From Macrostomum hystrix (taxonomy: Eukaryota > Animalia > Platyhelminthes): DNA of 64,000 nt. The stretch spans positions 3,720,001-3,784,000 of the forward strand of contig CATNEN010000003.1 in NCBI GenBank assembly GCA_950097015.1. Reading direction: 5' to 3'. Position numbers and translations under genes: made by a program. This document shows positions 39,901 through 52,506 of the stretch, piece by piece; position 1 is the stretch's first letter, and each line of letters begins with the position of its first letter. The notes beneath the pieces were generated by a model, which was not told the DNA's origin, did not search any database, and saw only the letters and a list, made by a program, of their open reading frames with translations.

Positions 39901-40510
39901 CTCACTGACACTCCACTAATTCCCTCACTGACACTCCACTAATTCCCTCACTGACACTCCACTAATTCCCTCACTGACACTCCACTAATTCCCTCACTGA
40001 CACTCCACTAATTCCCTCACTGACACTCCACTAACTCTCTCACTGACTCTCCACTAACTCCCTCACTGACACTCCACTAATTCCCTCACTGACACTCCAC
40101 TAATTCCCTCACTGACACTCCACTAACTCCCTCACTGACACTCCACTAACTCCCTCACTGACACTCCACTAATTCCCTCACTGACACTCCACTAACTCCC
40201 TCACTGACACTCCACTAACTCCATCACTGACACTCCACTAACTCCCTCACTGACACTCCACTAACTCCCTCACTGACACTCCACTAATTCCCTCACTGAC
40301 ACTCCACTGTCTCCCTCACTGACACTCCACTAATTCCCTCACTGACACTCCACTAATTCCCTCACTGACACTCCACTAACTCCATCACTGACACTCCACT
40401 AACTCCCTCACTGACACTCCACTAATTCCCTCACTGACACTCCACTAATTCCCTCACTGACACTCCACTGTCTCCCTCACTGACACTCCACTTATTCCCT
40501 CACTGACACA
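36940..40510. repeat. 23-bp satellite (CTCACTGACACTCCACTAATTCC)n
   Basis: About 3.6 kb and roughly 155 units. Confidence 0.97.
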
Positions 40511-41374
40511 ACATTCCTTCTTTGACAGTCCACTTTCACGTCTGACATGTTGCTTGGTTTTTAGTCGATAAAAGTATGGCGCTTAACTAATTATCTTAAG
40601 TATTAATAAGCAGTCCTTCATCGGATTTAATTCTTACAGTTGATTTCATAATTTTTCTTTCAAGCAAATAGTCTAATCCGAATGGGTCTTTTTCTGGCGA
40701 ACAAGCCTATTGATTGTTTCTAAGACGTTTTTCCGCATAGAAAAGCTTGTCACGCACGGTCACACATGCTTGCGGCCGGCATAGCAACCAATTGACTGCG
40801 GTATCCATGACAATTTTGTTTTGCTTAGCCACCTCCCCGAAGGCATTCCATTGATTCTGCCTTTACCTGTCTTTACGAGGGTATGCCTGGTATTAAGCAA
40901 TTCATTTTCTATTCCTGTGCAGCATTGGCATGACTAAGAGATTTCTTCATTCTCTAATATAGAAAGCTTCACTATACTTTGTCCGTGGGAAAAAACTGCT
41001 CAATCGCGTGACTTGACAAAGGTGCTGAAGAGCAGTTCTCAAAACCGCTCTCAAACTGCCCCGCACCCCGGATACTCAAAGTTAATGAGGAGAGTTTTTT
41101 AAAAGCTTGAGAATTTTTTGTCATGTCTTGCAGCACAATTGTGGAGCAAAAGTTGAGCTGTTGACAACTATTTTTTTCTAACTAAGCAGCAAAGTTTAGC
41201 TGCAGGTGTTTTGACTGACAAGCTAGAAGATGCGTTTAAGATTTCTGCATGCTAACTCACATACTCGTACTTTTAGCACTTTGTGTTGCATGTTCGCAAA
41301 TTACTGTTCACCAGGGGAACTTCCAGTAACCTTTGTAACCTTTTAGTAAAAAATGTTTGCCTTTCTGAACTGTG

Positions 41375-42545
41375 CTAAACAATCAAAGCTCTGTGTCAGA
41401 CAATCAGCAGCTCTGTGTCAGACAATCAGCAGCTCTGTGTCAGACAATCAGCAGCTCTGTGTCAGGCAATCAAGGCTCTGTGTCAGACAATCAGCAGCTC
41501 TGTGTCAGACAATCAGCAGCTCTGTGTCAGGCAATCAAGGCTCTGTGTCAGACAATCAAAGCACTGTGCTAAACAATCACAGCTCTGTGTCAGACAATCA
41601 CAGATCTGTGTCAGACAATCAAAGCTCTGTGTCAGACAATCAAGGCTCTGTGTCAGACAATCAAGGCTCTGTGTCAGACAATCACAGCTCTGTGTCAGAC
41701 AATCACAGCTCTGTGTCAGACAATCACAGCTCTGTGTCAGACAATCACAGCTCTGGGTCAGACAATCACAGCTCTGTGTCAGACAATCACAGCTCTGGGT
41801 CAGACAATCACAGCTCTGTGTCAGACAATCACAGCTCTGTGTCAGACAATCACAGCTGTGTGTCAGACAATCACAGCTCTGGGTCAGACAATCAAAGCTC
41901 TGTGTCAGACAATCAAAGCTCTGTGTCAGACAATCAAGGCTCTGTGTCAGACTATCAAAGCTCTGTGTCAGACAATCAAGGCTCTGTGTCAGACAATCAA
42001 GGCTCTGTGTCAGACAATCAAAGCTCTATGTCAGACAATCACAGCTCTGTGTCAGACAATCAAAGCTCTGTGTCAGACAATCACAGCTCTGTGTCAGACA
42101 ATCACAGCTCTGGGTCAGACAATCACAGCTCTGGGTCAGACAATCAAAGCTCTGTGTCAGACAATCAAAGCTCTGTGTCAGACAATCAAGGCTCTGTGTC
42201 AGACTATCAAAGCTCTGTGTCAGACAATCAAGGCTCTGTGTCAGACAATCAGCAGCTCTGTGTCAGACAATCAGCAGCTCTGTGTCAGGCAATCAAGGCT
42301 CTGTGTCAGACAATCAAAGCTCTGTGTCAGACTATCAAAGCTCTGTGTCAGACAATCAAGGCTCTGTGTCAGACAATCACAGCTCTGTGTCAGACTATCA
42401 AAGCTCTGTGTCAGACAATCAAGGCTCTGTGTCAGACAATCACAGCTCTGTGTCAGACAATCACAGCTCTGTGTCAGACAATCACAGCTCTGTGTCAGAC
42501 AATCACAGCTCTGTGTCAAACAATCACAGCTCTGGGTCAAACAAC
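41375..42545. repeat. 21-22-bp minisatellite (CTGTGTCAGACAATCACAGCT)n
   Basis: About 55 units ending about 300 bp upstream of WSC gene A. Confidence 0.97.
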
Positions 42546-42705
42546 AAGCCTTTCTCGAGAATTATGCAAAGAAATTCGTCAGACTATGTTATTTTTAGTG
42601 CAAATATAATTTTGTTGGTTATCTTAAGCCAATGTGATACATTTAAAGGCAAGAATAGAAATGAATTTCGTCTAATCTGAGACTTTCTGAGCCATGTTTC
42701 CCTGT

Positions 42706-42772
42706 CTGCTCCCATTGGTTGCTCAGTCAGGTTTAGTCTAAACTGAGCAGGAAAGACAGCAGTCTATAACAA
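42706..42772 (+). promoter_or_regulatory. putative CCAAT + TATA-like promoter of WSC gene A
   Basis: CTGCTCCCATTGGTnGCTCAGTC followed by TATAA. The same block lies upstream of B (about 48966-49036) and C (about 52765-52812), and TGCTCCTATTGGT lies upstream of D (about 55582). Confidence 0.55.
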
Positions 42773-42837
42773 GCCAAACCTGCTCATGAACCTGCAGCAT
42801 TACTTCAGGTATCTGAATTCTTAACTCTTAGCTCAGC

Positions 42838-45800
42838 ATGGTCAGTTTGCACTCGCTAGTATTGTTCGCAGGTCTGTGTGGGCTCATTGGAGTCCAATGC
42901 TACAGCCGCTATACATACAAATATCTGGGCTGTTTTGTTGACAACACTGGAAGCGTCAGGGACATCGACGGACTGATTGGTGTCAGCAAACTTGGCAACT
43001 TTCCGGTCAGTTCGTCATGGGCATTGTCATAGCCTTCATGCAGTATTCTTAATCCAATCACTGACGTTTTTCGCGCGGGCAATAGTTCCAATTTCTGCAT
43101 AGAGCTCTGAATCTAGAAACTGGACAGACAATCCCCGCCAAACTCTCATTTTCCGGACCAATATGGGCTGACTGGCTGTCCCGAAAATACACTGAGCAGA
43201 TTGGAAGGTGCAGGGGTCGGTGGCAGAGCGGTTGTCGCGTTGGCCTCTCGCACCACGGTCCCTAAGTTCGATTCCACGGCGAGGCCACATTGATTTGGTG
43301 CGCAGCCGCGGAGAGAAGGCTTGTGGGCTTGTTGTGCAATTTACGCCCTTGAGGGCCAACATCCAAGGCACAGTGAAATGTACACTGCCTGACGATAAGA
43401 AAGTCAGGGCAGGTGTACACACCTGTGTGAGTGTGTGCCTGCGTTTAGTATCTGTGTGCCTGTGTGCTGAGGAGTCAGTGAAATGGGCAGAATTGCCTCC
43501 TCGCTGGCTGCGGGTCTAGTGTCACCAAATGATGTGCCACTGCCCGCAGCCCTCCTGCAATTATTATTATTATATTATTATAAGCAGATTGGAAATTTTA
43601 ATGCAATAGTTGGTGAGAATCAATAATAACTTCTGCATCGTGCAACAGATTTTCAAAATGTTTGTGTTTTTGGAAAGCCGAATAAATTCTATACGTTTTA
43701 GTTGAAGCCTGTTCGTCTACTTGTTTTGTCTATAAGTGAGCTGTGCTTAAAAAAGTTTAGGCAAGACAAAAATGCATCTTCAAGACATGTATTGTTAGGC
43801 TCCGCGTGTTGAAACGAAGTTGAAGGCAGCCCGCCCGCTGCTGTTGTCTATGGTCGAATTCCATAGAATTCCATAGCTACACGCCTCGCTTCTATCAATA
43901 TTGGTATATTCTAAAATTTTTAATGCAGAAATGTTTCTTTTTTTCCACTTATTTTGAAAAGTCTAATTGTTCATTCGATAGGCATTGCTGTTTTCTACAA
44001 TATAAGCTAAATTTCACTAAAATTTGTTGTTTTATAAAAAACTGTCTGCATGACAGCTTTCAAAGAATGTAGGCTTCATTTTTTCACTTTTTTTATTTCC
44101 ATCTAGCACAGCTCACTATATAGACCTGGTTGACGCACAGGCTTCAGCAGAAACCTATGAAAAAAATTTCACGATACGGAAATTATTAGTTTTATAATAA
44201 CTATATAACTATATTATATCAAAATTTCGTATCTGCTTAGTGTATTTTCGGGACAGCCATAGCAGCCGATCGTTTAGGGGAATTTTCTCCCCAGTTTCCA
44301 GAAATTAGTATAACAGCAACTATGATAGCTTTAGATCTAAATTCTATTCTTTTATTTTATGATTCACGACTATAAAACAACTCCACTGGTGAGCTGCAAA
44401 CAGTTTGGACATGTATTTCTTGATTGCAAATATTTTATTCTCAGGTTGAAAATATTGCCGCGGTATTGGAACTCAGCCTCATGACGCCCAACTACTGCTC
44501 AGCCATCTGCTCAATGGGAGGCTTCAGCTACTTTAGTGTACAGGCTGAAGCCTACTGTTTCTGCAGCTGGGCGTACGGCAGGCAGGGTCAAGCTAGTGAG
44601 ACCGACTGCTGGAGTTCTTGTAGAGGAAATAACTCGATTAAATGTGGCGGCTGGGATCGGAACTCTGTCTTTGCGATGAACTACAATACAGGTGATGAAT
44701 GAATTTAATGTGACTCACTATTATATTGGGATCTCTACTCAGAGCTCTCGTGTCAAGTTGGGATCATTTATTTAAATCATTCGATTCCATTAATTCAGAT
44801 GATTCCTTATACGAAAGCCAAGTAACTGGAGTGGAAGCCTACTACTAAATTCCTCTTTTCCACACCTTACACCAGGGGTCGGAAAACTCCGGCCCGCGGG
44901 CCAGATGCGGCCCTCGAAGCTCCCAAATCCGGCCATTTGCCCCTTCCAACACCTATAGTATCCTGTCTTATCTCTCCCGTGTCTCATCTCTCCCATGTCT
45001 CATCTCTCCCGTGTCTCATCTCTCCCGTGTCTCATCTCTCCCGTGTCTCATCTCTCCCGTGTCTCATCTCTCCCGTGTCTCATCTCTCCCGTGTCTCATC
45101 TCTCCCGTGTCTCATCTCTCCCGTGTCTCATCTCTCCCGTGTCTCATCTCTCCCGTGTCTCATCTCTCCCGTGTCTCATCTCTCCCGTGTCTCTTTCTCT
45201 CCCATGTCTCATCTCTCCCATGTCTCATCTCTCCCGTGTATCATCTCTCCCGTGTCTCAACTCTCCCATGTCTCATCTCTCCCATGTCTCATCTCTCCTA
45301 TGTCTCATCTCTCCCGTGTCTCATCTCTCCCGTGTCTCATCTCTCCCGTGTCTCATCTCTCCCATGTCTCATCTCTCCCATGTCTCATCTCTTCCGTGTC
45401 TCATCTCTCCCGTGTCGTATCTCTCCCGTGTCTCATCTCCCGTTATCTCTGTCTCTTTCTCTCCCATGTCTCATCTCTCCCGTGTCTCATCTCTCCCATG
45501 TCTCATCTCTCCCCTTTCTCGTATCTCCCGTTATCTCTGTCTCTTTCTCTCCCATGTCTCATCTCTCCCGTGTCTCATCTCTCCCCTTTCTTGTATCTCC
45601 CGTTATCTCTGTCTCTTTCTCTCCCATGTCTCATCTCTCCCATGTCTCATCTCTCCCATGTCTCATCTCTCCCGTGTCTCATCTCTCCCGTGTCTCATCT
45701 CTCCCGTGTCTCATCTCTCCCGTGTCTCATCTCTCCCGTGTCTCATCTCTCCCTTATATCATATTTCTATAATGCGGCCCGCTGTCGTCTTTTAGATTCT

Positions 45801-47319
45801 CTCTTTGGCCCGCCAGCAAATAAGTTTGCAGACCCCTGCCTTACACACTGCTTAATTACCAGTTGACGCTGTAAATAGACGAGTTGTATAACACGAACCA
45901 ACCAGAGTGAAGACAAAATAGATTTATAAAAAAAAAATTTCTAGACTTGTCAAGTTGGATTAGGGGATATATCCCCCATTTTCCTGATTGAATGGTGGTG
46001 ATTATTATTCCGGAACGTGAGAATATTAAGGGTACATGATTTCTGCTCTAATTAAAAAAAACCAACTTTTTTGTTTTTTTCCTTACAAAAAGCAAAAGCT
46101 ATAGTCCCCCCGGCAATGGGCTGATCCCGTTTGGTAGCGAAGGAAAAATCTAGATTTAATGCGCAATCGGGATAGGCGAGGCAAAACAGCCTACTGTTGT
46201 GAGTAGCGCGATGCGCAATCAACTCTAGGCCATGGTAGCAGAGGTCGAAATGATCTAGGCTTTGCCACCCGACTCGAACTCAGACTGCACTCATCGAAAA
46301 CTCGAATTTACAGCCATGGCTGTCATACCCTAAGTCTTGCACATAATCAATAGTCTATGGTCTCTGCCACCCGACTCGAACTCAGACTGCACTCATCGAA
46401 AACTCGAATTTACAGCCATGGCTGTCATACCCTAAGTCTTGCACATAATCAATAGTCTATGGTCTCTGCCACCCGACTCGAACTCAGACTGCACTCATCG
46501 AAAACTCGAATTTACAGCCATGGCTGTCATACCCTAAGTCTTGCAAATAAGCAATAGTCTATGGTCGATGTCACTCTAATGATTCCCTCTCAGGCTGCAC
46601 TCTTCCAAAACCCGTATGTGATTTTGTATCGTGAGAAACCTGAAAAACATTGGAGCTTCATTTATAATACAAGACACTAAGGTTCATTTATACGAAAGAT
46701 ACCAGAAAGGGTATTGGGAGTCTGCACAAACATATTTCTAGGAAATACAAGACACATGAGTTTAACAAAGATAACAAAGCTTTACTTGATAGAACGAGTC
46801 GTGCGCCTTACTAACTGTCTTCAAGCTGCCTGGACAAAAGCTCTCCTTTGTTTGTGAGCCCCATCCGTGCAACTATAGGATTTTCCGAAGGGAGGGGCGG
46901 ACTAAAGTTGAATCATCCTGGACGCTTGCGGTGAAAAACTTGCTTGGTCCTCACACCGAAATATATTTTGGGTCAACCCGCGGAAGAAGGGCAGCACCCC
47001 CCTGGTTGCGCCAGTGAGCGCCACAATTGTCAGCACTGAAATTTAATTTCAAATACAACAATTCTTAGAAAACAGTTGCCCTTCGTTTCGTCTGGAGACC
47101 GGTCGGCCTCGGCTGGAGGTGAGCAGCTCTTACAGCCTCCAGACCTACTGGACGACGGCAGCCAACGACGCTCCGGACTGCGTGTCGAAGTGCGGCATCG
47201 CCAGTCGCTGCCAGGCGGTGCTGTTCCAGCGAGATGCCCGACTGTGCCACCGGCTGAGGTTCTCGCTGATGCCCGACCAGCTGGTGAACATCAGCGGCGA
47301 TTTCTTCGTTCGAGTTTGA
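42838..47319 (+). CDS. secreted WSC + PAN/Apple-like protein, copy A (~221 aa)
   Basis: Exons 42838-43005, 44445-44691, 47069-47319 (phases 0, 1). Signal peptide; WSC pattern YLGCFVD...MTPNYCSAIC...YF.VQ...CFC...C...C.G.....CGG..RNSVF; last exon with the C-x3-C-x5-C..V.F......C pattern of PAN/Apple-like modules. Confidence 0.85.
43207..43582 (+). mobile_element. SINE family 2, full length with TSD
   Basis: A box TGGCAGAGCGG, B box AAGTTCGATTCC, 3' stem-loop, (ATT)n tail, and a 12-bp TSD AGCAGATTGGAA at 43195-43206 and 43583-43594. Confidence 0.92.
44873..45838. mobile_element. hAT (Charlie-like) MITE with internal 17-bp minisatellite
   Basis: Termini CAGGGGTC / GACCCCTG, subterminal GGCCCGCGGGCC, and exact 8-bp TSD CCTTACAC at 44865-44872 and 45839-45846. 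Confidence 0.9.
44962..45753. repeat. 17-bp minisatellite (GTCTCATCTCTCCCGT[GT])n
   Basis: Tandem array inside the MITE. Confidence 0.95.
46263..46566. repeat. 102-bp unit x3
   Basis: TGCCACCCGACTCGAACTCAG... starts at 46263, 46365 and 46467. Confidence 0.9.
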
Positions 47320-47387
47320 GGAAAAATGATCACTAAAATCATGCGACGAAACTAAAACGAGATTTTTAGTTAATTGTTTTTGTTGGA

Positions 47388-47753
47388 AATAATAATTGCA
47401 GGAGGGCTGCACGCAATGGCACATCATTTGGTGACGTTTGACCTGAAGCCAACGAGGAGGCAATTCTGCCCATTGCGCTGACTCCTGAGCACACACACAC
47501 GCACACACACAGATACTGTACGCAGGCACGCGCTCACAACAGGTGTGTACATCTGCCCGGACTTTCTTATCTTTAGGCAGTGTACACTCTCACTGTGCCT
47601 CAGAGGTTGGCCCTCAAGGGCGTAAATTGCACGACAAGCCCGTTAACCTTGTCTCCGCGGCTGCACACCAAATGAATGTGGCCTCACCGCGGAATCGAAC
47701 TCATGGACCTTTGTGCAAGAGACAAACGCGTTAGACAGCTCTGCCACTCACCC
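47388..47753 (-). mobile_element. SINE family 2, full length (more diverged)
   Basis: Reverse complement with tail at 47388-47396 and A/B boxes at the right end. Confidence 0.85.
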
Positions 47754-47814
47754 TACAAGAATCACTGCTGAACACTTCATTTCCAACTGCTATAAAGATT
47801 TGCTTATCAGACCA

Positions 47815-48010
47815 AGGAGCTTGTATCTCTCTCTGAAAGGAGTGGTCATGAGTTCGAATCCCATGCAGACCTATTGAAACTTTTTTTGCCTTTGAGAAAG
47901 ATAATTGATTCCATTTGGTGCTTCAATTCACCCAGCTGTAGAATGGATAACTTCTAAGGTAAAACTATGGATGAAATTATTGGGAGCCCTCATACTGAAC
48001 GCATCGTTTG
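47815..48010 (+). mobile_element. degraded CORE-like SINE (family 1)
   Basis: B box GAGTTCGAATCC and TGCTTCAATTCACCCAGCTGTAGAATGG; homologous remnant follows gene B. Confidence 0.6.
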
Positions 48011-49104
48011 GATGATCAACCCATTTTACCATATTTAGTTTTACTTCTCTTTTCCAGTTTGCTCTGTGTGTGTAATTTCCTTTTGTTCTGAATTCTCGCC
48101 TTATTTTTTCACTTCTCAATAAATATAAGCTGGACAACATCTTCTTGATTTCCAGGTTTTTCTGGAAATACTTAAACATTTTAGCAGGTTATTTTGCTTA
48201 TTTTTTACTTTTTATCTGACCTAATGTCACAGCAAAACATGATCCTATGGCCATGGTTGTAGACATGATGAACAGTTCCTTGAAGAGCAGGCAGGCTGGG
48301 TCTTCTCCCAACATGGTCGGTCAGCATCTCGCCTATCAACTTCGAAGGCCGACGATCACCGACGCCGCCGCTGCTGTCCAGTCAAGATGACGTACGGATC
48401 CCTCGTTAGGCTCCAGCAGCAGGACGTCTGGCACTTGCGCTGTAACTGAAGCTGGTCGAAAAGTGCTTCGGAGTCGAACTCCAGACGGCCAAACTGGGGC
48501 GTCCGTGACGATCGGCGAAGGCCGCCTCGAGACCGGCCTGGCCCGGCTTCCGCTGTCGTTTAGCATGTTAGGCGTCCCGCCGGGACGGATGATCCAAGAA
48601 GCGGCCGCCAAAAAATTTCCACGAAAGCTGAGTGTCACGTCCTGCAAACTACTATAGTAGTGACGCAGCGTGATAGGCCCGAACATCGCAACCGGACAGC
48701 AGCGGAGGCTGCAGCAGCCGCAGCCGGGCTGGAAGAGGCCATCGGTATCTTCAAGCCGATACGATCTGCAGGCTGCTATTCGAATCTGGAGCTATTTTTC
48801 AGAAACTCTAATTACCAACCAAATGCCTTGACGACCACGCTATGGCTCAGCACTGACAGCAGTTAATCGACAGAGTGTCATCTGGATCAATGTTTAACGG
48901 TCAGAGCATAAGGATCTTAAGACAGTTTGATTGATACATATGAAGGCTAGGATTGAAATAGCACCTGCTCCCATTGGTCGCTCAGTCGGGGTCAGTTTTA
49001 ACTGAGCTGGAAGGAAAGCAGCTAGTTTGTTTATAACAAGCCAAACCTGCTCATGGACCTGCGGCATAGCTTCAGGTATCTGAATTCAGAGCTATTAGCT
49101 TAAC

Positions 49105-51202
49105 ATGGTCAGTTTGCACTCGCTAGTAATGTTGGCTGGTCTGTGTGGGCTAATTGGAGTCCATTGTTATACGTACAAATATCTAGGCTGTTTTGTTGAC
49201 AATGCTGGCAGCGTCAGAGACATCGACGGACTGATTGGCGTGAGCAAACTTGGCGACTTTCCCGTGAGTTCTGAGAATTTTCATTGTCTCTATACAGTAT
49301 TTTAAATTCCACCATAGTTTGAGTCTCTATGTATCCCCCATTTTCCCGGCAAAGGCAAGAAATTCATTATTTCTCTCGTCCCAACGAACCATAGACGAAC
49401 TACAAAAACAGCAAACGGGCGATACATGCAATACTTTCCGAATGATTCAGTTGTCTAGGGCAAAGGCTCGAGGTGTCGCGATTATTGTCCGAGATAAATT
49501 ATTTAGTGTCGCGACATCAACAAGGGTCTAATCCAAGTGATGAATGCCTGCACTATTTTCCATTTATCTCGTGTACAGGACAATAAATGTTTAGGCAGCT
49601 CGTTTGAGCGGTAAACCGCTTTCAATGTTTCACGTCACTCAAAGCAGGTTAGAATCAGACAAGTAACCAGTTGAGACATTTGGGACAACGCAGGTGATAT
49701 TGCTAGATCTGAATTCTACCCTTTGTTTCGATTCAGGGCTGTTAAACGAACTTTGTAGGCTGCGAAGCATAAAGACATGCATTTTCGATTGCAAATATTT
49801 GATCCTCAGGTTGAAAATATTGGCGCGGTACTGGATCTCAGCCTCATGACGCCCAACTACTGCTCAGCCATCTGCTCAATGGGAGGTTTCAGCTACTTCG
49901 GTGTACAGGCTCAAGCCTACTGTTTCTGCAGCTGGGAGTACGGCAAACAGGGTCAAGCCGAAAATGCTGATTGCTCGCACAGTTGCAGAGGAAATAACTC
50001 GATTAAATGTGGCGGCTGGGATCGAAACTCTGTCTTCGCGATGAACTACAATACTGGTGATGAATGAATGAGGCAGTATTGTTGTGTTGATTTTTAGCTG
50101 TGTTAAATAACGGAAATAGCAGTGGTTGGGTTGTATTTGCTTTTTGGAAAGACAGTTCCGATAGCTGTCCCTCAGCCGGAGACAGGGTCTGACGTAGAGA
50201 AATGCATGATATTGAATGTAACTATGAATCGAAGTGTATATTTATAGAGATGAAAAATGACGGTTATGGGAATGGCGCGTGGATGAAAATGCCTGCTGCA
50301 AATTGGTACTGCCTTATCTGCTGTAGCTACATCCGGAGACTTTAGGCTTTAGCCAGGCTTTAGATGCCTGATAGAAACGGCTTCTTCCTGCCCTGGTCTC
50401 ATTTTCATGTTGAAGAACTATGTGCTGTGCCTGACGACATTGTAGCGTCCGGAGTTTGGGCTCTTCCAATGGCGAAACATTTCCTATTTTTCGTGGGCTC
50501 CGGAGTCTTGACTAAGACGTGTGGGAAGCGCTGGGTTTTTGCGGGTTAATCTCGTGAATGGGTTAACTCCTATTTCTTTGGTTGAGATGTGCATTGGTGT
50601 AGAGCTAGGGTTGATCCTTGTTCCTTAAGCATTGCTTCAACAGTAAAAAAACAACGCTACTGGGGAAAGACCAAGGGGATATTTTAAATACCCACAGCCC
50701 ACTTCGCGATAGCTCCCAAAATTAGCTCCCAATACAAGCCTGAATGGCGAATCCATATTGGTCCGATCAACGCGCCAAGATCCAGGGTCAGATAAAAAAT
50801 AAACGATTTTAATTAATGCAGTATCAAAAACCAACAATATTCGGAAAAAACTACATTTTGCTCAACCTGCCTTCCAGAAACCAGCAGAAAAATGTGCAAA
50901 AAAACGTTTTTGGAAGCACTAAATTTTAATTTCAAATATAACAATTCTTAGAAAACAGGTGCCCTTCGTTTCGTCTGGAGACCGGTCGACCTCGGCTGCA
51001 GGTGAGCAGCTCCTACAGCCTCCAGACCTACTGGACGACGGCAGCCAACGACGCTCCGGACTGCGTGTCGAAGTGCGGCATCGCCAGTCGCTGCCAGGCG
51101 GTGCTGTTCCAGCGAGATGCCCGACTGTGCCACCGGCTGAGGTTCTCGCTGATGGCCGACCAGCTGGTGAACATCAGCGGCGACTTCTACGTTCGAGTTT
51201 AA
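49105..51202 (+). CDS. secreted WSC + PAN/Apple-like protein, copy B
   Basis: Exons 49105-49263, 49810-50056, 50952-51202; same phases and Cys pattern as copy A. Confidence 0.87.
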
Positions 51203-51299
51203 GGCACAATATTGCAGGATTAAAATCATGCGAGGGATCTATAGCTATATTTTTTTTAACAGTTTCTCACTTTACGATGACGAAAATGACGAAAGTTGC

Positions 51300-51495
51300 G
51301 TGCATCTCTCTCTGAAAGTAGTGGTTATGAGTTCGAATCCGAGGCTCCCCAATCGAGATGATGCGTGTCCTTAATCAAGACACTTAATTTCGTTCGGTGC
51401 TTGAGTTCATTCAGCTGTAAAATAGATACCAGCTAAGGTAAAAATTGTCTTGGTGAAATAGCGGCCTTCAGACTGAACAGCCTTACACAGCCGAA
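51300..51495 (+). mobile_element. degraded CORE-like SINE (family 1)
   Basis: GAGTTCGAATCC ... GTGTCCTTAATCAAGACACTTAA ... TTCATTCAGCTGTAAAATAG ... GACTGAACAGC, matching 1144-1440. Confidence 0.7.
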
Positions 51496-51793
51496 TCTGC
51501 AGGTGAAATTTCTATCCACCTATCTTACTAGAAAAGTAAAATAATTTTCTATTCTCTATTCAGTTTGCCCTTTCTGTATTTTCGCTGTGTCCTAATCTTG
51601 CACTTCTAAAGAAATAAACCCTTGACAATATCTATCAGTTTTTTGTCAAATATTGCAACTTGTTGCGAATCCCGTGTCTGTGTGTTAATCAATCAAATCA
51701 AGTCACTTGATTTGCTACCGACAACTCTAAGGAGCTGACTGTGACACAAAATATCACTAGAATGCTTTTTCGTTTTTTCTTCTAGACCGATAC

Positions 51794-52506
51794 TGATGCG
51801 CGCGTAAGCTACTCTCTCTGTGAAGAAGTGAAAGTAGCCATAGACTATCACCGAATTGATGCGCGCGTAAGCTACTCTCTCTGTGAAGAAGTGAAAGTAG
51901 CCATAGACTATCACCGAATTGATGCGCTCGTAAGCTACTCTCTCTGTGAAGAAGTGAAAGTAGCCATAGACTATCACCGAATTGATGCGCGCGTAAGCTA
52001 CTCTCTCTGTGAAGAAGTGAAAGTAGCCATAGACTATCACCGAATTGATGCGCGCGTAAGCTACTCTCTCTGTGAAGAAGTGAAAGTAGCCATAGACTAT
52101 CACCGAATTGATGCGCTCGTAAGCTACTCTCTCTGTGAAGAAGTGAAAGTAGCCATAGACTATCACCGAATTGATGCGCTCGTAAGCTACTCTCTCTGTG
52201 AAGAAGTGAAAGTAGCCATAGACTATCACCGAATTGATGCGCTCGTAAGCTACTCTCTCTCTGTGAAGAAGTGAAAGTAGCCATAGACTATCACCGAATT
52301 GATGCGCTCGTAAGCTACTCTCTCTCTGTGAAGAAGTGAAAGTAGCCATAGACTATCACCGAATTGATGCGCTCGTAAGCTACTCTCTCTGTGAAGAAGT
52401 GAAAGTAGCCATAGACTATCACCGAATTGATGCGCGCGTAAGCTACTCTCTCTGTGAAGAAGTGAAAGTAGCCATAGACTATCACCGAATTGATGCGCGC
52501 GTAAGA
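51794..52506. repeat. 63-bp minisatellite x~11
   Basis: Unit TGATGCGCKCGTAAGCTACTCTCTCTGTGAAGAAGTGAAAGTAGCCATAGACTATCACCGAAT. Confidence 0.97.

Noticed and set aside
41353-42680. 400-aa Ser/Asp/Gln or Cys-rich ORFs
   Set aside because: Minisatellite translations open in all frames, with no gene structure.
43380-43420. Hammerhead ribozyme (CTGACGA...GAAA) in SINE family 2
   Set aside because: Only 3 nt lie between the core motifs, stems II and III are absent, and the segment folds as a simple hairpin.
43485-43565. Complete HDV-like ribozyme in the SINE 3' end
   Set aside because: The P3/L3 match is present, but the P1 partner lies downstream, the GG for P1.1 is missing and there is no convincing J4/2-P2.
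46855-47025. Small GC-rich MITE before exon 3 of copy A
   Set aside because: Only the right end looks TIR-like; the left TIR and a TSD could not be established.
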